From positions 226,164 to 290,163 of the forward strand of contig JBGSPL010000001.1 in the NCBI GenBank assembly GCA_041738615.1: a DNA stretch of 64,000 bases. Reading direction: 5' to 3'. Below the pieces are notes generated by a model. That model made no database searches. It was not told the DNA's origin and saw only the letters and a program-made list of their open reading frames with translations. Below are positions 7,644 to 16,876 of this stretch, piece after piece. Position 1 is the stretch's first letter. Each line of letters starts with the position of its first letter. The translations under genes and the position numbers were made by a program. The stretch is from Patescibacteria group bacterium (GTDB lineage: Bacteria > Patescibacteriota > CPR2 > UBA1875 > CAIMLA01).

Positions 7644-9758
7644 TTAATTAATTGCTGGTACTTTGTCGATGCTTAGTTGTTCTACGTAGCCTGTTTCCTG
7701 ATCACATATTGGGCAGAAGACGTGTTCACCCTTAAGATATCCGTGCTTCGGGCAGACCGAGAAGGTTGGTGAAAGGGTGAAGTATGGTAGATGGTAGCCC
7801 TCTGCGACCTTGCGCACCAAGCTTTTAACCGCTTCGATGTCATCTAGCCTCTCACCCATAAAGATATGCAGTACGGTTCCTCCGGTATATTTGGTCTGTA
7901 GTCCATCCTGAAGGTCTAGGGCCTCAAAGACGTCCTCTGTGAACCCTACGGGGAGCTGTGTTGAATTGGTATAGTAAGGCTTGGCTTCCATTCCCTTATA
8001 CGCTGGCATGTTTGCTACCTCGATATCCTGATATTGCTCGGTGTCGCGCTTGGCGAAACGGTAGGTAGTGCCTTCCCCTGGTGTGGCTTCTAGATTATAA
8101 ATGTGTCCGGTTTCTTCCTGATAGTTCGCGATACGGTCTCTCATGTAGTCCATTACCTTAACGGCGAATTCGTGGCCCTTCTTGGTGGTAATGTCTTCTT
8201 CTTTACCCAAGAAGTTTTTGATCGACTCGTTCATCCCCAGAAGTCCGATTGTAGAGAAGTGATTTTCCCAATACTTACCAAAGCGTTTCTTCACGTCTGC
8301 TAGGTAGATTCTGGCAAATGGGTAGAGGCCCATATCCATATAGCGTTCAAGGTTCTTACGCTTGATTTCCAGAGACTCCTTGGAGAGATCCATGAGGTGT
8401 GCGAGCTGGTCGAAATACTCTTTCTCACTCTTTGCGTTGTAGCCAAGGCGTGGCATATTGATCGTTACTACACCGATACTCCCTGTCAGTGGGTTGGCTC
8501 CGAAGAGACCACCGCCACGTTTGCGCAGTTCTCTGTTATCGAGACGAAGTCGGCAGCACATGCTGCGGGCATCGTCTGGGCTCATATCAGAATTGATAAA
8601 GTTCGAGAAGTAAGGGATCCCGTATTTTGCTGCCATTTCCCAGATAGGATCCAGGCTCTTGTCGTCCCAGTTGAAGTCCTTGGTGATATTGTAGGTTGGG
8701 ATTGGGAAGGAGAAGATGCGTCCGCTAGCGTCGCCCTCTAGCATTACCTCAGCGAATGCCTTGTTTACCATGTCCATCTCTGCCTGGAAATCCTTGTACT
8801 TTTCTTTCTGTGGCTTACCACCAATAATGACGTTCTCTTCTGCCTGCTGCCCAGTAGGGATGAGGTCCATGGTGATATTCGTAAATGGTGTCTGAAAGCC
8901 TACTCTTGTCGGGATATTCATCCCGAAAACGAACTCTTGCATCGCCTGTTTTACTTGCTCGTAAGTAAGCTTATCGTAGCGGACATATGGTGCGACTAGG
9001 GTATCAAAGCTAGATAAAGCTTGCGCCCCTGCGCTCTCGCCTTGCATAGTATACATAAAGTTTACAACCTGGTTCAGGAGGGCCTTGAAGTGTTTTGCTG
9101 GCTTCGAGTTGATCTTGCCTGGGACACCACCAAAACCTTTGATCATCAGGTCTTTTAAGTCCCAACCGCAGCAGTATGTTGCTAGGAATCCCAGGTCGTG
9201 TATGTGAAAATCAGCGTTTTTGTGAGCCTCTCGGATCTCTGCCGGGTACATCTTGTTTAGCCAATAACGTTCGGTAATCTGTGCTGCAATGAAGTTGTTT
9301 AAACCCTGAAGGCTATAGGTCATGTTGGAGTTTTCTTTGACGTACCATGTATCTTCGCCCAGGTAGTCTTCCATCATCTTGTCACTGTCGAGTAGTTTGG
9401 TCTGGCGTAGCTCCTCGTGCTGCTTACGATAGATAATGTAGGCCTTTGCTGCTTCCTCGAAGACAGAGTCCATGAGTACATGCTCTACAACGTCCTGAAT
9501 TTTTTCGACTGTAGGGAGATGGTTTGCGTCGAACTGCCTGTTTAGAATGTCCACGACCTTCTGGGCCATCTTCTCAGCAACTTCGTGGCCATACTCGTGA
9601 GTAGCTTCACCGGCCTTCTCGAGCGCTCGTACGATTCGCTCTGGCTCAAACTTCGTAAGCGTACCATCACGCTTCTCAACCTTGGTAAACTTCTTCTTTG
9701 CCAGATGCTTCTTAGATAAACCTAGCTGCTCTTGCTGAATTTCATCGGTTACGGCCAT
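7644..9758 (-). CDS. nrdD: anaerobic ribonucleoside-triphosphate reductase large protein (ATP-cone plus catalytic barrel plus Zn ribbon; glycyl-radical tail absent)
   Basis: 704 aa. N-terminal ATP-cone, class III RNR core, C-terminal CPKHGY...CPIC zinc ribbon. It ends right after the ribbon (..DQETGYVEQLSIDKVPAIN). Confidence 0.9.
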   Translation of the reverse strand: MAVTDEIQQEQLGLSKKHLAKKKFTKVEKRDGTLTKFEPERIVRALEKAGEATHEYGHEVAEKMAQKVVDILNRQFDANHLPTVEKIQDVVEHVLMDSVFEEAAKAYIIYRKQHEELRQTKLLDSDKMMEDYLGEDTWYVKENSNMTYSLQGLNNFIAAQITERYWLNKMYPAEIREAHKNADFHIHDLGFLATYCCGWDLKDLMIKGFGGVPGKINSKPAKHFKALLNQVVNFMYTMQGESAGAQALSSFDTLVAPYVRYDKLTYEQVKQAMQEFVFGMNIPTRVGFQTPFTNITMDLIPTGQQAEENVIIGGKPQKEKYKDFQAEMDMVNKAFAEVMLEGDASGRIFSFPIPTYNITKDFNWDDKSLDPIWEMAAKYGIPYFSNFINSDMSPDDARSMCCRLRLDNRELRKRGGGLFGANPLTGSIGVVTINMPRLGYNAKSEKEYFDQLAHLMDLSKESLEIKRKNLERYMDMGLYPFARIYLADVKKRFGKYWENHFSTIGLLGMNESIKNFLGKEEDITTKKGHEFAVKVMDYMRDRIANYQEETGHIYNLEATPGEGTTYRFAKRDTEQYQDIEVANMPAYKGMEAKPYYTNSTQLPVGFTEDVFEALDLQDGLQTKYTGGTVLHIFMGERLDDIEAVKSLVRKVAEGYHLPYFTLSPTFSVCPKHGYLKGEHVFCPICDQETGYVEQLSIDKVPAIN

Positions 9759-9796
9759 TTCGAATTTCCCCTCTCCCTGTTTTTTGCTTATTTTTA

Positions 9797-10261
9797 TTAT
9801 TTCTCGTTTGTTTGATTCTTGATATCCTTGAGTGCCTCGGCGAATGCCTCTACAGTCTCGAATGATCTATAGACGCTTGCGAAGCGGAGATAGGCGACTT
9901 CGTCTATCGGTAAGAGTCGCGACATAACCGTCTCTCCTATTTGTGTGGTGCTCACCTCTGTCTCTCCTGTAGAGCGTAGGTCCTTCTCGATTCCCGAGAT
10001 AAGCTTTTCGGTTACCGAATCGTCTATAGGACGCTTTTCTAGGGCTCTATAGATGCCTGCAGCGAGCTTTTCCCTCACAAACGGCTCTTTGGTGCCGTTA
10101 CGCTTTACTACCGTCAGAGAGGGCACTTCCAGGCGCTCATATGTCGTGAATCGGAATCCACAATTGGCACACTCTCTGCGCCTTCGTATTGCGGGCTCGT
10201 TATCCATGTCCCGCTTCTCGATTACGCGGAGACTCTCGGACTTACATTTGGGACAAATCAT
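9797..10261 (-). CDS. nrdR: transcriptional repressor NrdR
   Basis: MICPKCKSESLRVIEKRDMDNEPAIRRRRECANCGFRFTTYE (Zn ribbon plus ATP-cone). Start set at ATG 10261 with SD GAGGAAAGG. The longer track ORF starts at an upstream in-frame codon. Confidence 0.85.
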   Translation of the reverse strand: MICPKCKSESLRVIEKRDMDNEPAIRRRRECANCGFRFTTYERLEVPSLTVVKRNGTKEPFVREKLAAGIYRALEKRPIDDSVTEKLISGIEKDLRSTGETEVSTTQIGETVMSRLLPIDEVAYLRFASVYRSFETVEAFAEALKDIKNQTNEK

Positions 10262-10346
10262 ATATTCCTTTCCTCGATACCTTATCGGGATCAGTCTAGA
10301 TATCGGCATACATACGCTAGATGTAGCGTAGCTCATATATGATAAG

Positions 10347-10364
10347 ACACCACATGTGTGGTGT
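10347..10364 (-). promoter_or_regulatory. NrdR-box-like perfect palindrome upstream of nrdR-nrdD-nrdG
   Basis: ACACCACATGTGTGGTGT, an 18-bp perfect palindrome about 85 bp upstream of the nrdR ATG. It resembles the NrdR box acaCwAtATaTwGtgt. A weaker second site ATCCACAAATATTAGGGG lies 31 bp further at 10378-10395. Confidence 0.5.
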
Positions 10365-10465
10365 CAAGCATTTTCTTATCCACAAATATTAGGGGCTGTT
10401 TGTGCTTGAAATGGACTTTTCCACAATACTTTATCGACAGGTTCTCTTATGAACAAGTACAAAAA

Positions 10466-10495
10466 AGAGGCCTAGTGGCCCCTTTACGTTTGAAA
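10466..10495 (-). terminator. possible terminator downstream of ftsZ
   Basis: Minus-strand GGGGCCACUAGGCCUC followed by UUUUUUG. Confidence 0.35.
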
Positions 10496-10524
10496 ATTGT
10501 TATTTGAAATTTGAGAATTAACGC

Positions 10525-11628
10525 CTATTCCATCCTCTTTCGGATAAAAGTAGGGATCTCCCAGTCGTCGTCGCCATTCTCATCGTTATTTGCATCTCGC
10601 TCTGGCTCCAGGCTCACTGGTCGTGTGCCCAGATCAAGTGGCTGATGGCTCATTCGTGGAGATAGTGGGTTGTGCATCCCTTCAAAGCCTGTAGCGATCA
10701 CAGTAACAGTGACTTCACCCGTAATATTCGGATCAATTACTGCACCAAAGATGATGTTCGCTTCTGGATCTACTGCGTTGGTAATAACCTTTGCTGCTTC
10801 ATCGATTTCGTACATACCGAGATCCGAACCACCAGTTACGTTGAAAAGAACACCCTTCGCCCCATTGATAGAGAGCTCGAGTAGTGGCGAATTGATAGCC
10901 TGCTTGGCGGCTTCCATAGCTCGATTCTCGCCATTACCGCGGCCGATACCCATAAGAGCCGAGCCAGCGTTCGACATAATAGTCTTTACGTCAGCAAAGT
11001 CGACGTTTATGAGTCCGCTATCTGTAATGAGATCCGAAATACCCTGGACACCCTGTCTTAGAACATCGTCAACTACAGAGAAAGCGTCTAGAAGGGTAGA
11101 CTTCTTGTCGACAACCTGCAAGAGTCTGTCGTTAGGAATAGTAATCAGTGCGTCAACTTGGTCTTTGAGGCTCTCAATGCCTTCCTCGGCAACGCGTTTG
11201 CGCTTTTCGCCTTCGAAACCAAAAGGTTTAGTGACTACACCAACGGTAAGAGCACCTACTTCTCGTGCAATGTTTGCAACGATTGGGCTTGCCCCGGTAC
11301 CTGTACCGCCGCCAGCACCATAAGTAACGAAAACCATATCAGCGCCCTTTAAGGCTTCGTAGATTTCTTCACTGGTCTCTTCGGCAGCTTTCTTTCCAAT
11401 TTCTGGATCAGAACCAGCGCCGAGTCCCTTGGTCAGGGCTTTACCGATGTGCAGCTTCTTGTCAGCTTTTGACTTATGAAGAGCCTGAGCATCCGTATTG
11501 ATTGCAATAAACTCCACACCCTTAAGTCCGGCCTCAATCATGCGATCCACACCGTTACCACCAGAGCCACCGACTCCGACTACCTTAATCCGTGCAAACG
11601 TTTCCATACTTGGTTTTACTTCGCCCAT
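10525..11628 (-). CDS. ftsZ: cell division GTPase FtsZ
   Basis: 367 aa with the GGGTGTG tubulin signature ([18 protein letters not shown]) and an acidic C-terminal tail ending [14 protein letters not shown]. Confidence 0.95.
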   Translation of the reverse strand: MGEVKPSMETFARIKVVGVGGSGGNGVDRMIEAGLKGVEFIAINTDAQALHKSKADKKLHIGKALTKGLGAGSDPEIGKKAAEETSEEIYEALKGADMVFVTYGAGGGTGTGASPIVANIAREVGALTVGVVTKPFGFEGEKRKRVAEEGIESLKDQVDALITIPNDRLLQVVDKKSTLLDAFSVVDDVLRQGVQGISDLITDSGLINVDFADVKTIMSNAGSALMGIGRGNGENRAMEAAKQAINSPLLELSINGAKGVLFNVTGGSDLGMYEIDEAAKVITNAVDPEANIIFGAVIDPNITGEVTVTVIATGFEGMHNPLSPRMSHQPLDLGTRPVSLEPERDANNDENGDDDWEIPTFIRKRME

Positions 11629-11699
11629 AGGGACCTCCTACTAACATAAATTTTAACAAAAGTATTGTACATATTTATTGTTCAAAAGTAAATATCAAA

Positions 11700-11734
11700 G
11701 TAGGGTTTGTACAAAAGCTTTGTACAAACCCTAC
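11700..11734 (-). terminator. perfect 16-bp hairpin between ftsA and ftsZ (attenuator or partial terminator)
   Basis: GTAGGGTTTGTACAAA-AGCT-TTGTACAAACCCTAC. On the minus strand it is followed by a U-rich stretch UUUGAUAUUUACUUUUG. The TTGTACA heptamer occurs three times in this intergenic region. Confidence 0.5.
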
Positions 11735-11751
11735 TTAAATTAACAAAAATA

Positions 11752-12984
11752 TTATGGTAGAAATACTCGGAATATTTCCTTCAACCGACCATATATTGTC
11801 GAAACAGTCCTGCTACCACCCTTATTTTCCTTCTCTTCATAAGAGTATAGTAGCAACCCTACGGCAGTGGAAAATGATGGATTGTAGACCTTTTCGGTGA
11901 GCCCACCGAGTGAATGTGGCTTACCGATATTTACTGGAAGTCGAAAATAAGTCTTTGCTAAATCTTCTATCCCAGCAAGCTTAGCGCCACCGCCTGTGAG
12001 GATAATGCCTGCAGGTAACAAGGTGTCGTATTTGATCTTGCGGAGTTCATCCTGGATGAGTCTAAATATTTCTTCTGTACGGTCCTGGATGATCTCAGCG
12101 ACGTGCTTCGTGGGCACGATTCCCTCTTCGTGAATATCAATAACCGAGAGATCTACCTTGTTCGTCTCTGGAACCACCTCTGCCACGGCATAGCCGTATT
12201 TCTTCTTGACCTTTTCGGCTACATCTACTGAAGTCCTAAGGCCAATGGCAATATCGTTTGTGATTGCGGCAGCACCAATTGGGAAAACCTTGGTATATAG
12301 AATGCTATCTTCGATTATAACAACCATCCCTGTTGTGGCCGCTCCTATGTCTACAAGCACACATCCGAGCTCTCGTTGCCTCTTGGTAACGGCTGCTTTT
12401 GCGGCCGCAAGTGGTGACACAATCGCATCCTCGATGCCTACTCCAGCTTGGGTGACTACTTTTGACAAGCTCTTCATCGCCTGAGACGAAACTGCAATCA
12501 AATGGGTTTCTACCTCGAGACGAACACCGTTCATACCAAGTGGCTCCTTGACCGGATCACCATTATCTACCATGAAGAACCGGGGAATTACGTGAATAAG
12601 TTCCTTGTTTGCCGGAATCTGGACTGCCTGTGCGGCGTCCTCCGCTCTTACGATATCATTCTTGGAGATTTCTTGATCTGGACGGGCAACGGCGACCACT
12701 CCTCGTGAGTTTGTGGAACTGATATGACCGCCGTTTAGGTTTACTGTGGCAGAAGCTATCTGAGAACCCGAGATACCCTCGGCCATCTCTATGGCCTCCG
12801 ATATCCCGCTGACAGTCTCTTCTAGCTCTGTAACGACGCCTTTTTTGATTCCAGTATTGTACGAAGTTCCCACGCCGATAATACTAAGAACTCCCTCTTC
12901 ATCAGGAGTGCCCACTACCGCGGTAATTCTACTAGAACCAACGTCAAGTCCGACGTAATACTCTTCTTTTTTTGCCATCTTCAC
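11752..12984 (-). CDS. ftsA: cell division protein FtsA
   Basis: 410 aa, actin-fold ATPase (YVGLDVGSSRITAVVG...DIGAATTGMVV). Confidence 0.9.
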   Translation of the reverse strand: MKMAKKEEYYVGLDVGSSRITAVVGTPDEEGVLSIIGVGTSYNTGIKKGVVTELEETVSGISEAIEMAEGISGSQIASATVNLNGGHISSTNSRGVVAVARPDQEISKNDIVRAEDAAQAVQIPANKELIHVIPRFFMVDNGDPVKEPLGMNGVRLEVETHLIAVSSQAMKSLSKVVTQAGVGIEDAIVSPLAAAKAAVTKRQRELGCVLVDIGAATTGMVVIIEDSILYTKVFPIGAAAITNDIAIGLRTSVDVAEKVKKKYGYAVAEVVPETNKVDLSVIDIHEEGIVPTKHVAEIIQDRTEEIFRLIQDELRKIKYDTLLPAGIILTGGGAKLAGIEDLAKTYFRLPVNIGKPHSLGGLTEKVYNPSFSTAVGLLLYSYEEKENKGGSRTVSTIYGRLKEIFRVFLP

Positions 12985-13057
12985 TTACTGTTATCAATAA
13001 ACTAGCGCGTTACTTAACTTTGATATTATATACAAACTTTGCTGGTCGGTACAAGCC

Positions 13058-13801
13058 TTACTTGCGAATCTTGGTCAAAATCTCCGGGCCCTCTGGGTGA
13101 ATCCAGACTGTATGCTCAAAGTGGGCCGATAAACTGCCATCCTCCGTTCGATATGTCCATCCGTCTTCATCGACGACTACTTCAAAGCTTCCTACGGTTA
13201 CCATGGGCTCAATAGCAAGCGCTGTATCTGCCACTATCATGGGCCCATCTGTTTCTCTCCCATAGTTGGGGATAAATGGCTCCTCATGAACCCTCTCGCC
13301 TATAGCGTGACCCACTAGAGCCCTCACGACTCCAAAACCGCCGCCCTCAACTTCTTTTTGCACTGCATGGCCAATGTTTCCAATGTGTTTACCCATTCGC
13401 GCTTTAGCGATTCCCGCCATTAGCGAATTCTCAGTCACTGCCATCAGTCTATGGGCTTCCGCTGAAATATTCCCGACACCAAAAGTAATTGCGCTATCGG
13501 TATGGTACCCACCGTACTCTACGCCAAAATCCAACGAAACCAAGTCACCCGAGTTCACTTTGCGCTTACCAGGAATGCCATGCACTACCTCGTCGTTTAT
13601 AGAAACGCAAATTGCTGCAGGGTATCCCTCGTAGTTCAAGAATGATGGTTTCACCCTATGTTTTAGGCAAAGCCGCCTCGCGAGATCATCCATCTCGCCG
13701 GTTTCCATGCCCACATATGTCTTTTCCTTGATCTCCTGCAATATCTGCGCCAGTATCTGACCGCCAATACGCATCGCATCTAGTTTATCTTGCTTGGACA
13801 T
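13058..13801 (-). CDS. map: methionine aminopeptidase type I
   Basis: 247 aa with the pita-bread metal ligands (ICVSINDEVVHGIPG, DFGVEYGGYHTD, HAIGERVHEEP). Confidence 0.9.
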   Translation of the reverse strand: MSKQDKLDAMRIGGQILAQILQEIKEKTYVGMETGEMDDLARRLCLKHRVKPSFLNYEGYPAAICVSINDEVVHGIPGKRKVNSGDLVSLDFGVEYGGYHTDSAITFGVGNISAEAHRLMAVTENSLMAGIAKARMGKHIGNIGHAVQKEVEGGGFGVVRALVGHAIGERVHEEPFIPNYGRETDGPMIVADTALAIEPMVTVGSFEVVVDEDGWTYRTEDGSLSAHFEHTVWIHPEGPEILTKIRK

Positions 13802-14414
13802 ACCCTAGTTTCTCCTTGATGTCAGCCGCAACATCGGCGATTGACTGATCACCGTTTACTTCGGTCAGAATACCCTTGTTCTGATAGTAGTTGACCAGTG
13901 GGAGAGTGCGCTCTAGAAAAGTCTGTACACGACGCATAATAGCCGCTGGGGTGTCGTCTTCTCGTTGCACTGGTCTGCCCCCACACTTCGCGCACTTCTG
14001 GGCACCTAATGGAATGTTTAATCCACAGAGAGCACACACTCGGCGGCTAGAAAGCCTCTCGATAATGGTCTCTTCTTCGAGCTCAATGTAGATTACAGCG
14101 TCCAGAAGGCGATTGTTGTGAGCCAGAACCTCGTTGATTCCCTCGGCCTGATGCATGGTCCTAGGGACGCCATCAAAAACAACCATTTTCTCGGCTGGAA
14201 TCTCTTTGAGTAATCGATCGATGCTTTCGAGGATAATCTTGTCGTCAATCAATCCACCCGTGTCTATAATCTCACGAATCTTCTTATTCTTTTTACCAAG
14301 CTCTCTCGCTATATCCCCACCCGAGATTACCGCTATATCATAATCTTTTGCGAGCTCGGCTATCTGTGTGTCTTTGCCACTCCCTGGTGGCCCAATAACA
14401 ACTATTTCTTTCAT
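13785..14414 (-). CDS. adk: adenylate kinase with zinc-binding LID
   Basis: MKEIVVIGPPGSGKDTQ P-loop. LID cysteines CALCG...CAKCGG. Confidence 0.9.
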   Translation of the reverse strand: MKEIVVIGPPGSGKDTQIAELAKDYDIAVISGGDIARELGKKNKKIREIIDTGGLIDDKIILESIDRLLKEIPAEKMVVFDGVPRTMHQAEGINEVLAHNNRLLDAVIYIELEEETIIERLSSRRVCALCGLNIPLGAQKCAKCGGRPVQREDDTPAAIMRRVQTFLERTLPLVNYYQNKGILTEVNGDQSIADVAADIKEKLGYVQAR

Positions 14415-14824
14415 CGTTCAATCCCCTCCATCTGTAAAATTTTCTTTTCAACTTCTTGCATCTCCGTTTCTGTAACTTTGTCTGCATGGTCAAAGCCATA
14501 AATATGCAAGATGCCATGAACGGCCAGTAGCGAGACCTCGGCGTCTAGCGTTTTGCGCACGCTTCTCGCCTGATCTCTAGTATAAGTATAACAAATAAAG
14601 AGCTGGCCGACGAGCGGGTCGTCTGAAATATTAAAACTCAGAACGTCTGTCGGAGCATCTATGCCACGATAGCGATGGTTTAGCGCTTTCATGACGCTAC
14701 TCGAGACGAACTTGAGCTCAATCTCACCTTCTTTTACTGGTAAATAAGAAAAAGCAGCCTGAGCCACTCTTCTTACCCCCTCTATATTCGTCTTGTAGGT
14801 GTTTCCTACAACTGTAAATTTCAC
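14411..14824 (-). CDS. ybeY: rRNA maturation endoribonuclease YbeY
   Basis: 137 aa with HGILHIYGFDH zinc motif. Confidence 0.85.
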   Translation of the reverse strand: MKFTVVGNTYKTNIEGVRRVAQAAFSYLPVKEGEIELKFVSSSVMKALNHRYRGIDAPTDVLSFNISDDPLVGQLFICYTYTRDQARSVRKTLDAEVSLLAVHGILHIYGFDHADKVTETEMQEVEKKILQMEGIER

Positions 14825-15264
14825 GAAAGCTTTTCCCTAACTATGGTCGAAACGGTCTTACCGTCTGCGGCCCCTGCGGCCTTGCCCATGACGGCCTGGA
14901 TTACCTTACCCATATCGGCGGCGCTTGTGGCCGCGAGCTCAGAAATTGCGTCAGAAACGATGGCTTCTAGCTCGGCAAGAGACATCTTGGCTGGTAAATA
15001 CAGCTCGATCAACGCGAGTTCTGCCGCCTCTTTGGCCGCAAGCTCTGGACGATTTCCGGCATTGTACTGCTCTATAGAGTCACGTCTTTGCTTGGCTTGC
15101 TTCTCTAGCACTGCGATAGCCTCGGCCTCGTTGAGCTCATGGCCAAGGGCAATTTCAGAATTCTTGATTGCGCTTTTTAGCAACCGAATAATCGCTGTGA
15201 GTTCAGTATTCTGAGACTTCATAGCGTCCTTAAGGTCAGTATTCAGCTTATTTACGAGATCCAT
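14821..15264 (-). CDS. GatB/YqeY-domain protein
   Basis: 147 aa, all-alpha, YqeY-like (LKSAIKNSEIALGHELNEAEAIAVLEKQAKQRRDSIEQY). Confidence 0.8.
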   Translation of the reverse strand: MDLVNKLNTDLKDAMKSQNTELTAIIRLLKSAIKNSEIALGHELNEAEAIAVLEKQAKQRRDSIEQYNAGNRPELAAKEAAELALIELYLPAKMSLAELEAIVSDAISELAATSAADMGKVIQAVMGKAAGAADGKTVSTIVREKLS

Positions 15265-15483
15265 TTAGAATCCTTTCAGGAGCATACTGCGATTCTTGGC
15301 ACTCTTTCTAGCGGTTTTACGAATCGCGATTTCGCGTGATTCCCTCTTGGAAAGGTCCTTTTCGAAGTGTTGCTTCTTTCTTGCCAATGGCAAATTGCCG
15401 CTCTGTTGAACCTTGCGGTTAAAGCGTCTTAGCAAACTATCGAAATTTTCGTGGTCTTTTCTAACTACTGCTTGCAGTGTAAC
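15265..15483 (-). CDS. rpsU: 30S ribosomal protein S21 (non-AUG start)
   Basis: rc translation ..TLQAVVRKDHENFDSLLRRFNRKVQQSGNLPLARKKQHFEKDLSKRESREIAIRKTARKSAKNRSMLLKGF. SD TAAGGAGGTGA precedes it, but the only in-frame start-like codon after the upstream TGA is CTG at 15477. Not in the ORF track (<60 aa from an ATG). Confidence 0.7.
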   Translation of the reverse strand, partial: VTLQAVVRKDHENFDSLLRRFNRKVQQSGNLPLARKKQHFEKDLSKRESREIAIRKTARKSAKNRSMLLKGF

Positions 15484-15545
15484 TCACCTCCTTACATGGA
15501 AAGTAGGCAAATTGTAGCACAAAATGGGCCTACAGTAAAGGATTA
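15484..15545 (-). promoter_or_regulatory. promoter of rpsU (extended -10)
   Basis: Minus strand TTGTGCTACAAT (TGn-TACAAT), about 25 nt upstream of the SD. Overlaps the 3' end of the HIT gene. Confidence 0.45.
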
Positions 15546-15938
15546 GGCAGCTACCAATCCCCTAATCTTGTCCGCCATCGTGGCCAGATTTGCCTGGGTT
15601 TCTTCGTGCTGATTATGAAAATCAATATCTTCAGTAGTATCCATTGGCAGCAGGTGAATGTGGGCATGGTCTAGGTCAAATCCCGCTACCACTAGCCCAC
15701 ATTTCTCGGCTCCTGCAGCAGTCTTCACGGCCGTAGAGAGCTCCTTGGCCTTTAGAAAGTACTCTGCGTAAAGTCCGTCCGGAATCTCGTAGACCGTGCT
15801 GTAGTGTTCTTTTGGAATTAGGATGGTATGTCCCAGTCGAATTGGATTAATCTCCAGGAATGCCAAATATTTATCGTCTTCATAGACTTTATGAGCTGGG
15901 ATTTCTCCGGCTACAATTTTACAGAATATATCTAACAT
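15543..15938 (-). CDS. HIT-family hydrolase
   Basis: MLDIFCKIVAGEIPAHKVYEDD...HAHIHLLP histidine triad. Start chosen at ATG 15938 (SD AAGGAG). The longer track ORF extends upstream into the promoter region. Confidence 0.8.
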   Translation of the reverse strand: MLDIFCKIVAGEIPAHKVYEDDKYLAFLEINPIRLGHTILIPKEHYSTVYEIPDGLYAEYFLKAKELSTAVKTAAGAEKCGLVVAGFDLDHAHIHLLPMDTTEDIDFHNQHEETQANLATMADKIRGLVAA

Positions 15939-15981
15939 ACTAGCTATCTCCTTAAATAATAATTTTAGCACATTTCTACCC

Positions 15982-16064
15982 TTGACATAAATAGCACCTT
16001 GCAGTACAATTACTTCTTGTGGCGTATAAAAAGACTTGACAAATTGCAAGTCTTATGCTACAAT
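15982..16064 (+). promoter_or_regulatory. two tandem near-consensus sigma70 promoters
   Basis: TTGACA(15982-15987)-17nt-TACAAT(16005-16010) and TTGACA(16036-16041)-17nt-TACAAT(16059-16064), the second with TGn. Both face the secreted transglycosylase gene. Confidence 0.6.
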
Positions 16065-16151
16065 ATACCGTTCCATTGAAATGGAGCGGTGATCCGAACT
16101 ACAAAGGTTCTGATCGTCTGGAGTGGAGAAAGAGAGGTTCGTTCATACCTA

Positions 16152-16835
16152 ATGGACAAGAAAACTATCACAGCCATGCTGCTTGCCTTCATGGTAGTGA
16201 AAACGCCAGTTACCCTGGCCGAGGCTCAGGCTTACGCCCAACCTCAAATCATAGAGGCAAACGCCGCCAGTGAGGCGCATATCACTGAAAACATCAAAAA
16301 CACAATCGATAAAACAAATACATTAACAACAGAAGAGAAAGCTGCGGCCGTCATGGCCCAGTATCACAAACAGTTAGAGGAAGAGGCTATTCGTATCAAG
16401 GCCGAGGAAGAGGCTCGTCTCACTCGTGAGAACGTTTCCCGTACTCAGTCCCTTGTATCTGCCGGTCTATCCGCTGAGTTTGTGAATCAGTACGTCAAAG
16501 CTTCTGCTCAGTATGGTGTCCCTTGGCAAGTAATTGCCGCCGTCCACTATACCGAGACTGGCCAGCGCGGTTCCACTGTAGTTACCAGTTATGCTGGTGC
16601 TCAGGGACCTATGCAGTTCATGCCATCTACCTTCGCCGCTTTTGCGGTCGATGGAAATGGTGACGGGGTTACAGACATCAATAACGTCGACGACGCTATC
16701 ATGTCTGCCGCCAACTACATGGCTTCAAACGGTGCCGCTTCGGGTGACGTTACGAATGCTCTATATCGTTACAATCACGATATGGGCTACGTATATCACG
16801 TCCTCGGTATCGCTCAGTCTCTCGGATTCAAATAA
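16152..16835 (+). CDS. secreted lytic transglycosylase (SLT/MltB-like domain)
   Basis: Signal peptide MDKKTITAMLLAFMVVKTPVTLAEA. C-terminal region GPMQFMPSTFAAFAVDGNGDGVTDINNVDDAIMSAANYM is typical of lytic murein transglycosylases. Confidence 0.65.
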   Translation: MDKKTITAMLLAFMVVKTPVTLAEAQAYAQPQIIEANAASEAHITENIKNTIDKTNTLTTEEKAAAVMAQYHKQLEEEAIRIKAEEEARLTRENVSRTQSLVSAGLSAEFVNQYVKASAQYGVPWQVIAAVHYTETGQRGSTVVTSYAGAQGPMQFMPSTFAAFAVDGNGDGVTDINNVDDAIMSAANYMASNGAASGDVTNALYRYNHDMGYVYHVLGIAQSLGFK

Positions 16836-16837
16836 CA

Positions 16838-16866
16838 AAAAGCCCCCAGTGATGGGGGCTTTTTGT
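16838..16866 (+). terminator. rho-independent terminator
   Basis: AAAAAGCCCCCAGTGATGGGGGCTTTTTG. Confidence 0.8.
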
Positions 16867-16876
16867 ATAGTAATAA

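Noticed and set aside
10670-11323. 217-aa plus-strand ORF inside ftsZ
   Set aside because: Antisense shadow ORF of a highly conserved gene, with a low-complexity Ala/Ser/Pro translation.
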